Source: an uncultured Methanosarcinales archaeon (GTDB lineage Archaea > Halobacteriota > Methanosarcinia > Methanotrichales > Methanotrichaceae). Taken from it: DNA of 64,000 nucleotides. A program made the translations under genes and the position numbers. The DNA lies in assembly GCA_963843555.1 (NCBI GenBank), contig CAWJKV010000017.1, positions 1 to 64,000 on the forward strand, given 5' to 3'. Positions 23,276 through 32,901 of the stretch are shown here, one piece after another (the first letter of the stretch is position 1; each line of letters opens with the position of its first letter). The notes beneath the pieces are model-generated. The model worked only from the letters and a program-made list of their open reading frames with translations. It had not been told where the DNA came from and did not search any database.

Positions 23276-24949
23276 ATGATTGAGCAATGCCTCGATCTGA
23301 TTTATTTACCTTCATATTGTCCAAGAGCAGACCTTTTTGGGGAAGCCTCCAATTCGAATTATGGACCGAAATATTCTTCTACAGTCACGTATTTATGCAG
23401 AAGTATGTGCAAGCCATTACAAAGCAAACGATCACTTATTTTCCTTTTGATGCTTATTATCTTTTCACAAATATGGATATTCAATGCCTGCGGTCTCACC
23501 AACCTGGACTACCATCTCAGCAAGTCAAAGTACGCAGAGGCCTCTATATCGGAAGAGACGGGCTATCATGGCTCAAATTCTGCGAGCCTCTCCGTTGTCA
23601 ACAAGGGCACTTACTCCAGGGTCTCGATCTACCTGGACGATCCCATGCCCCTGGAAGAGCTTGATCAAATGAGCATGTGGGTTAATCCTCAGTTGGGCAA
23701 TGGAAAGATCCAGCTCGATCTCTTTCTCGATGGTGATCGAAATGATCGCTATGAAAGCAAGAACTCCCTGGATGCAAGGATCCGCTCTATAAGCAAATCC
23801 TGGTCTGATCTGGGAGTGTCTCATTCTCAGTGGAATAAACTGGACGGCTTCGACCTGGATTTTGAGAAATACGGAGACAAATCCGTTCCCACTGGTTGTC
23901 TGGAGGATTTAAGGAGCAGGCTGAAGGGCAAGGCAGTCGTTCAGATCTATATTACTGTTTATAAAGACCCAAAAGTGCCTGAAACGACCGCCTTTCTCGA
24001 TTTTATAAAGATAGGTGATGAGATCCTCACTTTCGAGCCCCTGGAGGATGAAGATATCAAGGAAGGCCCCAAATCCGCTACCCCAGGCGGCCAGATAACC
24101 TACACCATAACCTACGGAAACAACCGATTGCAGCCCGTGGACCTGGTAGTCAGGGAAGAATATGATCAGCGGACTGTATTCATAGATTCCTATCCCCGGC
24201 CCGATCCCGGCACCAATAATATCTGGACCTTCCGGGATCTGCCTCCAGGCAAGCACGGCCAGATCAAGATCATCATGAAGACCGTCAAGCCCGCAGCAAA
24301 GGCGGATATCAACGGCGAAGTGCGAGGCACGGGATTCGCTTCTACCAGAGGCAAGCTTTCCACGGATTTTGAAGGCTACACCGTCACTAACAATGTGCAA
24401 ATTTCTTCGGGCGAGTTCAGGTTCACCGACTCCGTCACCACCCTAATCAAACCGATAGTCGGATCGACTCTGGTCTTTGGCGAACACGGATCAGGCACCT
24501 ATCAGGCAGAGGAGCAGCTGGATTACAACTCTGTAAGCATAACAGCAAAGCGCGACATCTTGGCAAGCTCATCTCCAGCTCACCTCAACCTCTCCCGCCG
24601 TTCCATCGCCCTGGAGGGAAGCTGGGCCGCTGGCCTCAGGGCCGAGAACGATTATCGAGACCTGCGCTGGAGCGACGAATACTCCCAGGCGAGCCTTCTC
24701 AACCTGAGCTATAAAACCAGTCTCGGTAAGACGCTCTCCTACCTGGAGACATCCGGCCAGATCACCGGCATCGCGGACCGAAGCATCGAGTGGCCAGAGG
24801 GCTTCACCGATCAGCGGCTGGCCGGCAACTTCACACTGCAGGGCAAGGCCAGATGGAAGCGAACGAGCTCCCGCGTCAGCCCGCCTTCGAAGGATGAGCT
24901 GGACTGCTGTATGTTGATTGGGGAGAGGGCGGTATTGGATGAGATCTGA
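23276..24949 (+). CDS. Secreted/surface protein with a DUF11-like segment (start probably ~23405)
   Basis: Signal-like LIFLLMLIIFSQIWIF and the segment KEGPKSATPGGQITYTITYGN...IWTFRDLPPGKHGQI. Confidence 0.75.
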   Translation: MIEQCLDLIYLPSYCPRADLFGEASNSNYGPKYSSTVTYLCRSMCKPLQSKRSLIFLLMLIIFSQIWIFNACGLTNLDYHLSKSKYAEASISEETGYHGSNSASLSVVNKGTYSRVSIYLDDPMPLEELDQMSMWVNPQLGNGKIQLDLFLDGDRNDRYESKNSLDARIRSISKSWSDLGVSHSQWNKLDGFDLDFEKYGDKSVPTGCLEDLRSRLKGKAVVQIYITVYKDPKVPETTAFLDFIKIGDEILTFEPLEDEDIKEGPKSATPGGQITYTITYGNNRLQPVDLVVREEYDQRTVFIDSYPRPDPGTNNIWTFRDLPPGKHGQIKIIMKTVKPAAKADINGEVRGTGFASTRGKLSTDFEGYTVTNNVQISSGEFRFTDSVTTLIKPIVGSTLVFGEHGSGTYQAEEQLDYNSVSITAKRDILASSSPAHLNLSRRSIALEGSWAAGLRAENDYRDLRWSDEYSQASLLNLSYKTSLGKTLSYLETSGQITGIADRSIEWPEGFTDQRLAGNFTLQGKARWKRTSSRVSPPSKDELDCCMLIGERAVLDEI

Positions 24950-25002
24950 TGAGATGGCTGGAAAAGGGGAGAAGGTTGAGAATCTCCTCAAGGCATGACA
25001 AT

Positions 25003-25043
25003 CGCTCCTGCTCGCTCGCCCGCCCGAGCCCACCCGCAGGCCT
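25003..25043 (+). repeat. Partial 5' piece of the GC-rich repeat family
   Basis: ctcgctcgcccgcccgagcccacccgcagg resembles the 5' motifs at 27090, 28625 and 30137. Confidence 0.45.
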
Positions 25044-25110
25044 ATATGTTTTTATCTCAATAGAGTCACTACAACCAATAATCGGAAAAAAATTCAGAGC
25101 CGAGGTGAAT

Positions 25111-26247
25111 TCATATCCCCCATGCCTCCCTAATGACAAATGTATAATCAATATTATCTAGTATTGAAGGATTCGCTCTAATTAGATCCGCTTTTGCAAG
25201 GCATATTAAGAAAAGCAAATTTGCATAAGAATCAAAGGAATACCTGTAAGTTCCGTCATTCGTAAGGTCGATAAGATTATCCAAGAAAGATTTAAACATT
25301 TTTCTCAATGCATCTCTGCCCCATTGATCTGCGTCTCTTAGAATTTCATCAAATTCCTCAAGATTTTCGACTTTGAATCTTCTCAATAGTTTCTCAAGAT
25401 CCGCAATATTCTCATAGTTCCAAAAATGTTTTTCAATATCAATACTAATCGATATATCTTTGTCCGTATGATATAAACCCAGTATTTCTAGAACGAGTTT
25501 ATTTGATATTTTCATCCACTTCTCGTCTTGCTTAGTAAATGTAAGATATGCTAATAATGATAAGGAATTTAATTTTATTTTAAGATATCCCCATGTTATA
25601 TCGCTTAGATATTTCCCATTTAATGATTCAGTATCATATTTTAAATTTTGGAATTCTTCATCTGCAAGTTCAAATAATGCCATTAAGCGATATACTCGCC
25701 TTTTTATTTCAACCGGGATATCCTCATCTTTCTTATATCTTATTTCATGATCCATTTCTGCCCAAGCATGCTGCAATATAGTTCTAACTTGGATTTCTGC
25801 TTTAAATTCCTTATACTCGACCCATTCAGGCAAACCTCGTCTAGAAGAAGACAAAGAAATAATATGATGGACTGATTTATATCCAAATTGATCAATAGCT
25901 AATGTAGTTGATTTATCTAGTGAATTTTTCCCGTCTATTTTAAATTCTTTTTTTATTATGCTATTTATTTTTTCAATATCATCAAGATAATATGTTATTA
26001 TTCTTATTCCAACAATGTCGGTGATATCATTTAAAGGATTTTTATATCCTTTTCCCTCTCTAATTTTTCTTTCAATTTTTTCTTTATAGCTTAATTCAGA
26101 TTTAGTTCTTGAAGATATCTGTGCAGTTATGTCTTCTCTTTTTAGGAGTGCTTCCATAAGACTTTTTAACAAATTCTCGAATTTTTTAAAGTCCTCTCTC
26201 TTTGAATGGTATTCTTCTTCCCATCCTCTTTGTCTATCTTCCATCAT
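25111..26247 (-). CDS. RelA/SpoT-type nucleotidyltransferase (small alarmone synthetase-like) with a C-terminal extension
   Basis: RTKSELSYKEK, DITDIVGIRII, GYKSVHH and EIQVRTILQHAWAEMDHEIRYK; strongly AT-rich. Confidence 0.9.
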   Translation of the reverse strand: MMEDRQRGWEEEYHSKREDFKKFENLLKSLMEALLKREDITAQISSRTKSELSYKEKIERKIREGKGYKNPLNDITDIVGIRIITYYLDDIEKINSIIKKEFKIDGKNSLDKSTTLAIDQFGYKSVHHIISLSSSRRGLPEWVEYKEFKAEIQVRTILQHAWAEMDHEIRYKKDEDIPVEIKRRVYRLMALFELADEEFQNLKYDTESLNGKYLSDITWGYLKIKLNSLSLLAYLTFTKQDEKWMKISNKLVLEILGLYHTDKDISISIDIEKHFWNYENIADLEKLLRRFKVENLEEFDEILRDADQWGRDALRKMFKSFLDNLIDLTNDGTYRYSFDSYANLLFLICLAKADLIRANPSILDNIDYTFVIREAWGI

Positions 26248-26471
26248 CCTAGCCTCATGATTCCTAGATCGTCAATCTATGCAAAATACTTCGTTATTTC
26301 TTCTAGCTTCTTTCCAAGATCTTCGCCCATTCAATCATATCACCGAAGGAGAGACTTTTATTATTTAACTATTTCACGTTTTCTTCGGAACTATACTCAT
26401 TTTTAACCCTATCCTAAATAAGCATTTGACACTAGGATAAAATCACTATGCTGAACGGGTGTGACTGACGA

Positions 26472-27007
26472 GAGCTCAAATTCATTGATTTCGTTACCGC
26501 CAAAATAAGGCCGATATTCGGATCGACTCTTTTCTTTAGGGAATACGAATCAGGCCCTTATTAAGCAGATGGACATTGGATTAAGGTCTGTCAGCATAAC
26601 TGCAAACTTGTGAGGGAATGTCTCCAGCTCTCCTTCAAACCTCTCCTGTCGATATATCGTCTTGAATGGAAGCTGATGTGTCAATCTCAAGGCTGAGAAC
26701 GATTATCGAGACTTTCGCTAGAGCAACGAATATATCCAAGCGAGCCTGCTTAGCCTGAGACAATCAAATCCGTCATGGCAAGACTAATTCCCATCTAATG
26801 ACGTCCGGCCAAATCTCCAAGATCGCTGATATGAACATCAAGTTGCCTGACGGCCTCATCGATCAGCAGCTAATCGGTAGCTTCACAACGCAATAAGGCC
26901 AGATGGAAGATGTCCAACAAGAAGCAAGCCTGCCTTCGCCCGACAGACTGGACTGCCGCATCCGGATTCAGGAGCCGGCAATAAGGATGTCGATCTGATA
27001 TGAGACG
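26472..27007 (+). pseudogene. Decayed duplicate of the 3' end of the 23276..24949 gene (24413-24957)
   Basis: Colinear matches such as cggatcgactct, tctccagctc, gagaacgattatcgaga, aaggccagatggaag, ctggactgc and gatctgat; contains stop codons. Confidence 0.88.
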
Positions 27008-27087
27008 ACGGTTGGACGATCAAATTGATCATATCGAATGAAAGGGATCAACAGATGAGCGGGAAACGACAGAAATATGGTCTTGCC

Positions 27088-27701
27088 ACACCCTCGCCCA
27101 CACGCACGCGCGCGAGCGCTCGCCCGCAAGCACGGAGGGCTGCAGGTGATGAAGATCTGCTCCACGACCTATTTTCCGGCTGAGGACGGCATAGGTAGAC
27201 CATCGGCAATCCGTCAACATTTGGACTCTTTATCAGTCTGCAGCTTGACCGCCGTCGCTCGGCCGGCCGCGGCCTTGAGCGGCGCCCCGCACCCATAGCG
27301 CGGGAGGCCAGCAGGCCGACTCGCGGCACCCCAGAAGAATGTGCGAACGTTGTCCCTGCAAGCATCAGACCAGATAGATCCCATCAGATAATATATAAAT
27401 AAATTCTATTCGCAGAAAAATCATACCAAAACTTCTTCCGGGATTCCGCGCGGTGTTACGCGCTGGGGGTGACGGGGTCCACTCCAGGCCGTGGCGGCCC
27501 CCCTGACCCCGCGTCCGCGGGGAACAATCTATGAAGCCCTGCCCTTTATTCTTCGACGTGTTTGAGAAGGCTCGCAGACGGGGTGCATATCCAACAGCTC
27601 AGATTGATGAACGCCCGCCGCCAGGGCATCTCCGGCGCTGGTCCCGCCTGCGCAAACTATTTTGCTAAGTAGGTCACATGATCGAATGCGGAGGAAGGCC
27701 C
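27088..27701 (+). repeat. GC-rich repeat family, full copy 1
   Basis: Colinear with 28624-29311. Inverted arms at 27322-27339 and 27433-27450. Confidence 0.9.
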
Positions 27702-28596
27702 ATTAGGGCAAAATTTGTTCTTGTATTGATGACTTTGGCAATGCTAAGTGCTCCCGGCATTTGGGCAGACGACGGCAAAGGATTGGCTCGAGAAAGGAGT
27801 TGACTTTCTTGACCAGGGCAATTACGACGAAGCAATCAAAAGATACTGACAGAGCAATCGAGATCGATCCAGGAAATGAAGATGCCTGGTACAACAAAGG
27901 CGTTGCTCTCTGGTCAGGGCAAGTACGATGAGGCCATTAAAACTTTTGACAAAGCTATTGAGCTGAATCCAGAAGATGCAGATGCCTGGTACAACAAAGG
28001 CCTTGTTCTCTATCACCAGGGCAAATACGATGAGGCAATTGAGGCAAATACGACAGAGCTATTGAGCTGAATCCAAGCGCGGTAGATGCCTGGACTAACA
28101 AAGGCAATGCTCTATCTGGCTCAGGGCAAATACGATGAGGCAATCAAAGCACACGATCAGGCCATCGAGCTAGATCCACAATATGCTGAGGCCTGGAACA
28201 ACAAAGGCGTTGCTACTAAATGCCCAGGGCAAGTATGATCAGGCCATCAAAGCGTACGATGAGGCCATCCGTCTCGATCCCAACCTCGTGGAAACCTGGA
28301 GCAACAAAGGCGCTGTTCTAGGTCAACAAGGCAAGTATGACGAGGCGCTGCAGGCATTCGATAAAGCCATCGAGATAAATCCACAACTAGCGGATGCTTG
28401 GGCCAACAAAGGCTTTGCTCTCGGCCTACAAGGCAACTATGATGAGGCACTGCAAGCATTCAATAAGGCCATTGAGCTCAATCCGCAACATGGTAAAGCC
28501 TGGGCAGGCAAAGCCTTAACACTCCAGTCGCTTGGTCGTACTACAGAGGCCGATGCAGCATTTGCCAGGGCCGAAGAACTGGGGTTTACGGGCTAA
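27702..28596 (+). CDS. Secreted TPR protein 1 (frameshifted)
   Basis: Signal peptide followed by repeated AWYNKG...[17 protein letters not shown] units. Confidence 0.85.
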
Positions 28597-28623
28597 CTCC
28601 AGCATTATGAAATTGTATAACCT

Positions 28624-29311
28624 ACACCCTTCGCCCGCCCTGACCCGCACGCGCGTGCCAGCAGGCCCGTGAGGGCTGCAGACGATGAAGATCTGCGCCA
28701 TGACCTATTTTCGGCCAGAGGGCGGCAGAGGCAGTCCATTAGCTATCCATCCAATTGTGAAGGCTGCGGCGGCATCTGAGGCATAGGCTTTCCAGGCATC
28801 TCGTATCATGCAAGAAGACATGGCCCAACATTTTGGACTCTTTATCGGTCTGCAGCTTGACCGTCGTCGCTCGGCCGGCCGCGGCCATAAGCCGCGCCCC
28901 AACCATAGCGCGGGAGGCCCGCAGGCCGACTCGCGGCACCCCGGAAGAATAAGTGGAAAGCTGTACTCGTCTGCATTTACGCTGTCCGTCTATATCTGAA
29001 TGATATATCTTTTATTTGAACAGAAAAAATCAAACCTGCCTCTTCTTCCGGGGTTCCGCGCGGGTTTTACGCGCGAGGGTGACGGGGCAAACTTATGGCC
29101 GTGCAGGCCCCCCAAAACCCCGCGTCCGCAGGGAACTATCTATGAAACTCAGCCCTTCATCCTAAACGCGTTTGAAAAGGCTCCAGACGGGGTGCATATC
29201 CAATGGCTCAGATTGATAAACGCCCGCCGCCACGGCATCTCCGTTCTGGTCCCGCCCTACGCAAACTATTTTGCTAAGTAGAACGTTTAACCAAATGCGG
29301 AGGAAAGCCCT
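28624..29311 (+). repeat. GC-rich repeat family, full copy 2 (extra segment at ~28750-28825)
   Basis: CGCGGCACCCCGGAAGAA (28932-28949) and TTCTTCCGGGGTTCCGCG (29043-29060) are 17/18 reverse complements. Confidence 0.9.
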
Positions 29312-30097
29312 ATTAAAGCAAAATTTATTCTTGTATTGATAACGTTGGCTATGTTATGTGCCCCGGCATTTGGGCAAACGACTGCAAAAGATTGGATCCA
29401 TAAAGGCGTTGAATTCTATGGCCAGGGCAGGTACAATGAAACCATCCAGGCTTTTGACAGGGCTATTGAGATTGATCCACAATATGCAGATGCGTGGAGC
29501 AGAAAAGGCATCGTTCTCAGCCGGCTGGGCAGATATGATGAGGCAATACAAGCATTCAATAAGTCCCTTGAGATCAATCCAGAATCTGCAAAAGACTGGA
29601 CTGAAAAAGGCCTTGCTCTCAAAAATCTCGGCAAGTACAATGAGGCCATCAAAGCGTGCGATAAGGCCATTGAGATTAATCCACAATTTGCAAAAGCCTG
29701 GATCAACAAAGGCATTGCCCTCAAGAATATTGGTGAGTATGACGAGGCACTCGAAGCGTACGACAGAGCCATTGAGATAAATCCACAAGACGCAATAGCC
29801 TGGAGAAACAAAGGCGTGGTATTTGCCAAAGTAGGCAGGTATGATGAAGCACTTCAGGCATTCAATAATACAATTGAGATCGATCCACGACTTGCAGATT
29901 CCTGGAGCAACAAGGGCGCTATTTTCGGTCTGCAAGGCAAATACGATGAGGCACTCCAGGCATTCGATAAGTCCATCGAGATCAATCCACAATTTGCAGT
30001 CGCTTGGGCTGGCAAAGCCTTCACTCTTCAGTCACTGGGCCGCACTACAGATGCTGATGAAGCCTTTGCCAAGGCCAGTGAGCTGGGTTATACATAA
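29312..30097 (+). CDS. Secreted TPR protein 2
   Basis: Signal peptide IKAKFILVLITLAMLCAPAFG and ~7 TPR units; paralog of TPR1. Confidence 0.9.
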   Translation: MKAKFILVLITLAMLCAPAFGQTTAKDWIHKGVEFYGQGRYNETIQAFDRAIEIDPQYADAWSRKGIVLSRLGRYDEAIQAFNKSLEINPESAKDWTEKGLALKNLGKYNEAIKACDKAIEINPQFAKAWINKGIALKNIGEYDEALEAYDRAIEINPQDAIAWRNKGVVFAKVGRYDEALQAFNNTIEIDPRLADSWSNKGAIFGLQGKYDEALQAFDKSIEINPQFAVAWAGKAFTLQSLGRTTDADEAFAKASELGYT

Positions 30098-30136
30098 GCT
30101 AATTGCCACTGCGAAGAGCATGCAACCTGAAATTTG

Positions 30137-30204
30137 TCGCCTGCCCGCCCCAGCACGCATGCGTGCGCCCGCAGGCGGGAGGTTGCAGATGAGGAAGGAC
30201 CTGC
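30137..30204 (+). repeat. Truncated 5' copy of the GC-rich repeat
   Basis: cgcccgcaggcgggaggttgcagatgaggaaggacctgc matches gagggctgcagacgatgaagatctgc of the full copies. Confidence 0.7.
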
Positions 30205-30414
30205 AGGTAATAATCACAAAAAAGGAGAAACAATCGGACAGGAGTCCAGGGTCGGCTCAAAGATTTTTATTTGCTCCTGCGAGAGTATAGGCGTCCCAAC
30301 TAGAATAATTTGTCTTTTACGCTATAAAAGAACCTCTGAGAACTATAATTTTAAATATCAATCCATTTTAAGGTATATCATTCTAGAGAAGAAATGTTTG
30401 AGGAGAGATGACAT

Positions 30415-31200
30415 ATGCATAGAAGGGGGATAATTCTATTGCTGCTGGCGCTAATTCTTGCCGGCAACGCGCAGGGTACAGTGACTAATATTCCTGCCAG
30501 CCAGGACGTTTACATCAGCATGGGCACGGGAAATGAGTTGGTGTACAATCAAACAGATACACTTTTCTGCGGTATCAATGTAGCAGAGGTCAATAATACC
30601 AGTGTTAGCAGCTATCCCGGAGTCCCGGTAATCCAGTTTGATATTTCCAGCCTCAATATCACCGATGACGATGTCGCGATTCTGGTGCTCAAGGCGGAAT
30701 CAATCCGAATGCCGGACAGCTCCGCGCTGGTAGCTCTGCTGACCATCGGCTCGGACTGGAATGAAGAATCAGATCTGACGACCTTCCTCATCAACATCCT
30801 TCCCGCCTGGAGTATCATCAAGAAGAATGACCTGACTCAAATGAGCAGCAACACCGATGGCGATAAGGTCTTCGCATTTGATGTATCGAAAAAGCTGTTG
30901 GACGCAAAAGAGAAAGGGGATAAAATATCCTTCCTCCTGGAACTCATCAGTAACAGCAGCTCGGAAATTGACTTCTTTTCCCGGGAAACCGGCCAGGGAC
31001 CATATCTTATGATCATGCCCTACCCCACAACTCCCCTGTCCGATCAGACTGTTCAGCCCAATCCAGCTTCACAGAGCAGTCAAACCTTTGGTCTGGCAGC
31101 AAATGTGAACCAGACGGACGAGATGGTTCCTATCGAGGTCGGATCGCAGAGCAACCAGTTGAGCAATGGGGAGATCGACCAGAAACTGGCCCTGGCCTGA
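30415..31200 (+). CDS. Secreted hypothetical protein (DNRLRE-like fold possible)
   Basis: Signal peptide MHRRGIILLLLALILAGNAQG, with PASQDVYI, IQFDISSL and FFSRETGQGPYL. Confidence 0.75.
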   Translation: MHRRGIILLLLALILAGNAQGTVTNIPASQDVYISMGTGNELVYNQTDTLFCGINVAEVNNTSVSSYPGVPVIQFDISSLNITDDDVAILVLKAESIRMPDSSALVALLTIGSDWNEESDLTTFLINILPAWSIIKKNDLTQMSSNTDGDKVFAFDVSKKLLDAKEKGDKISFLLELISNSSSEIDFFSRETGQGPYLMIMPYPTTPLSDQTVQPNPASQSSQTFGLAANVNQTDEMVPIEVGSQSNQLSNGEIDQKLALA

Positions 31201-31469
31201 AAGCGATTCGACTCGTGTTTCATTTTTTTAAAATTTTTCTCGCATCCTGATGGTGTCTGTTCTATCCTGTATCTTGAATTGAATGCCATATCAAAAAGAT
31301 TTTCATACACTTTGCGAATAAATTTGCTGTATTCGCTCCCGCAAGACAAAGATAGATGAATGGATCAAAAATAATATTCCGATGGACTCCTTTTCCTATG
31401 GAAAATGATGGGCGAAGGTGATTTGGATTAGAGCTCGGCCATGTCTTTTCGGGCTGCCAGACTCAGTCC

Positions 31470-32661
31470 TCAAACCTGCCATATCTCTCGCGGCATATTG
31501 GTCAAACACTTCGCTCCGGAAGTGGTCGTCAGGAAGGTGTCTTCGATTCCCAGGACGCCCTTATCCGGATAGATCATCTTGGGCTCCACGGCAATGGTCA
31601 TGCCCTCCTGGATTTCATGATCCAGGGGAGCCAGTACAGGATACTCATCCAGTTCAAGCCCCACTCCATGGCCCACAAAACCGCATTTGCTGCCGATGGG
31701 CCCTCCCAGGAAGTCTTTGTAGCCCAACCTCTCTCCTTCCGCCAGAGATAGCTCGAATAGCTCTCTTCCCGTCCTGCCCGGCTTCATCTCCCTGGCAATG
31801 GACTCTTCGATATGGCAGGCGGCTTGATAGGCGTCCTCCAGCTCTGCCTCAATCTTGCCCAGGGAGAATATTCTTGTGGCATCGGCAATATAGCCGTTGA
31901 AGATGCCTACTGTGTCCACAAAGACTGGTTCGTTTCTCTTTATTTTTCCTAAGCTTGGTCCATGAGGAAATACTAGCGAAGTTCCCTTTCCTCCGGTAGG
32001 CGAAGCCAGGAAGCTGGGGATAGCTGCACTCGCTCCGGACATTATATGGCCCAGTGGAACAATGCTGTTGAACCTGCGAAAGCGAAGCGATCCCTGATGG
32101 CCCAGAGATCGCATCTCCGACTCCAGGCGGCACATCAGATCCACCTCAGTCATTTCCTCATGAATGTAATCAGGGACGGATGAGAATCCGGCTTCCAGAA
32201 TCCCTGACTGCTTCCTTTACCAGGCCAAGTTCGAACTCGGACTTGACAGAGCGGATATGCTTGATCTTTTCGGCCGCATCGACAAACAGGGCATCTCCGA
32301 GGGCCTTGTTGACTCGAAAGTAGAAGCTGCAGGGAAGGACATCCATCTCCAGGCCGATGGTGGCGCCAGCCGGGATGCCAAGGTCTGATTTCAGATTTTT
32401 CATGCTCTTGAGCGGCCGGACCTCCAGGGGCGATTCCTCCCTGGCCCTCTCCAGGCTTCTTTTCATCATCACCACGGGCTCCCCGTCTTTGGGAATATAG
32501 ACCAGCCCGTCTTGAGCTGTTCCGGAAAAGTAGCACATATCCACAGCTTGAAATAAGAGTGCTCCATCCATGTCGCCCATCTGTGATTGGAGCCTTTTTA
32601 TCCTGCAATCGATCTCGGACTTGGGGTGAAGAACATACTCCATTTTATCTGCCTCTGCCAT
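31470..32661 (-). CDS. Xaa-Pro peptidase (M24) family protein, frameshifted near 32160
   Basis: RSVKSEFEL, VDTVGIFNGYIADATR, GHGVGLELDE, AVEPK and GIEDT. Confidence 0.9.
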
Positions 32662-32901
32662 CCATCAATGCTTGCATCCATAATGCCAGAATGGCTTGGT
32701 ACTGCTGGTATGTCACATCTTTATTTACCTAACCGAAAGGATATTGGTTAGGGGCCACTTCCGCGGCGTGAACGAGCAGCAGTAGCAGCTGAGTTGGTGT
32801 CCAACGGCAGAGTGTTCCAATCCGGGAGCAGCTTGGCGGATTGTGCAACTAGCTTGCAGGATGGATAAGGCCAAATACAAAGAGCTATGAATCTCTGTTA
32901 G

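Noticed and set aside
27048..27365. Minus-strand ORFs sharing VPRVGL...RPAERRR (also 28705-28939 and, on plus, 37988-38443)
   Set aside because: They are translations of the GC-rich repeat; frames, starts and stops differ between copies.
27702..30097. TPR pair as a diversity-generating retroelement template/variable region
   Set aside because: Differences are not adenine-specific and there is no reverse transcriptase in the window.
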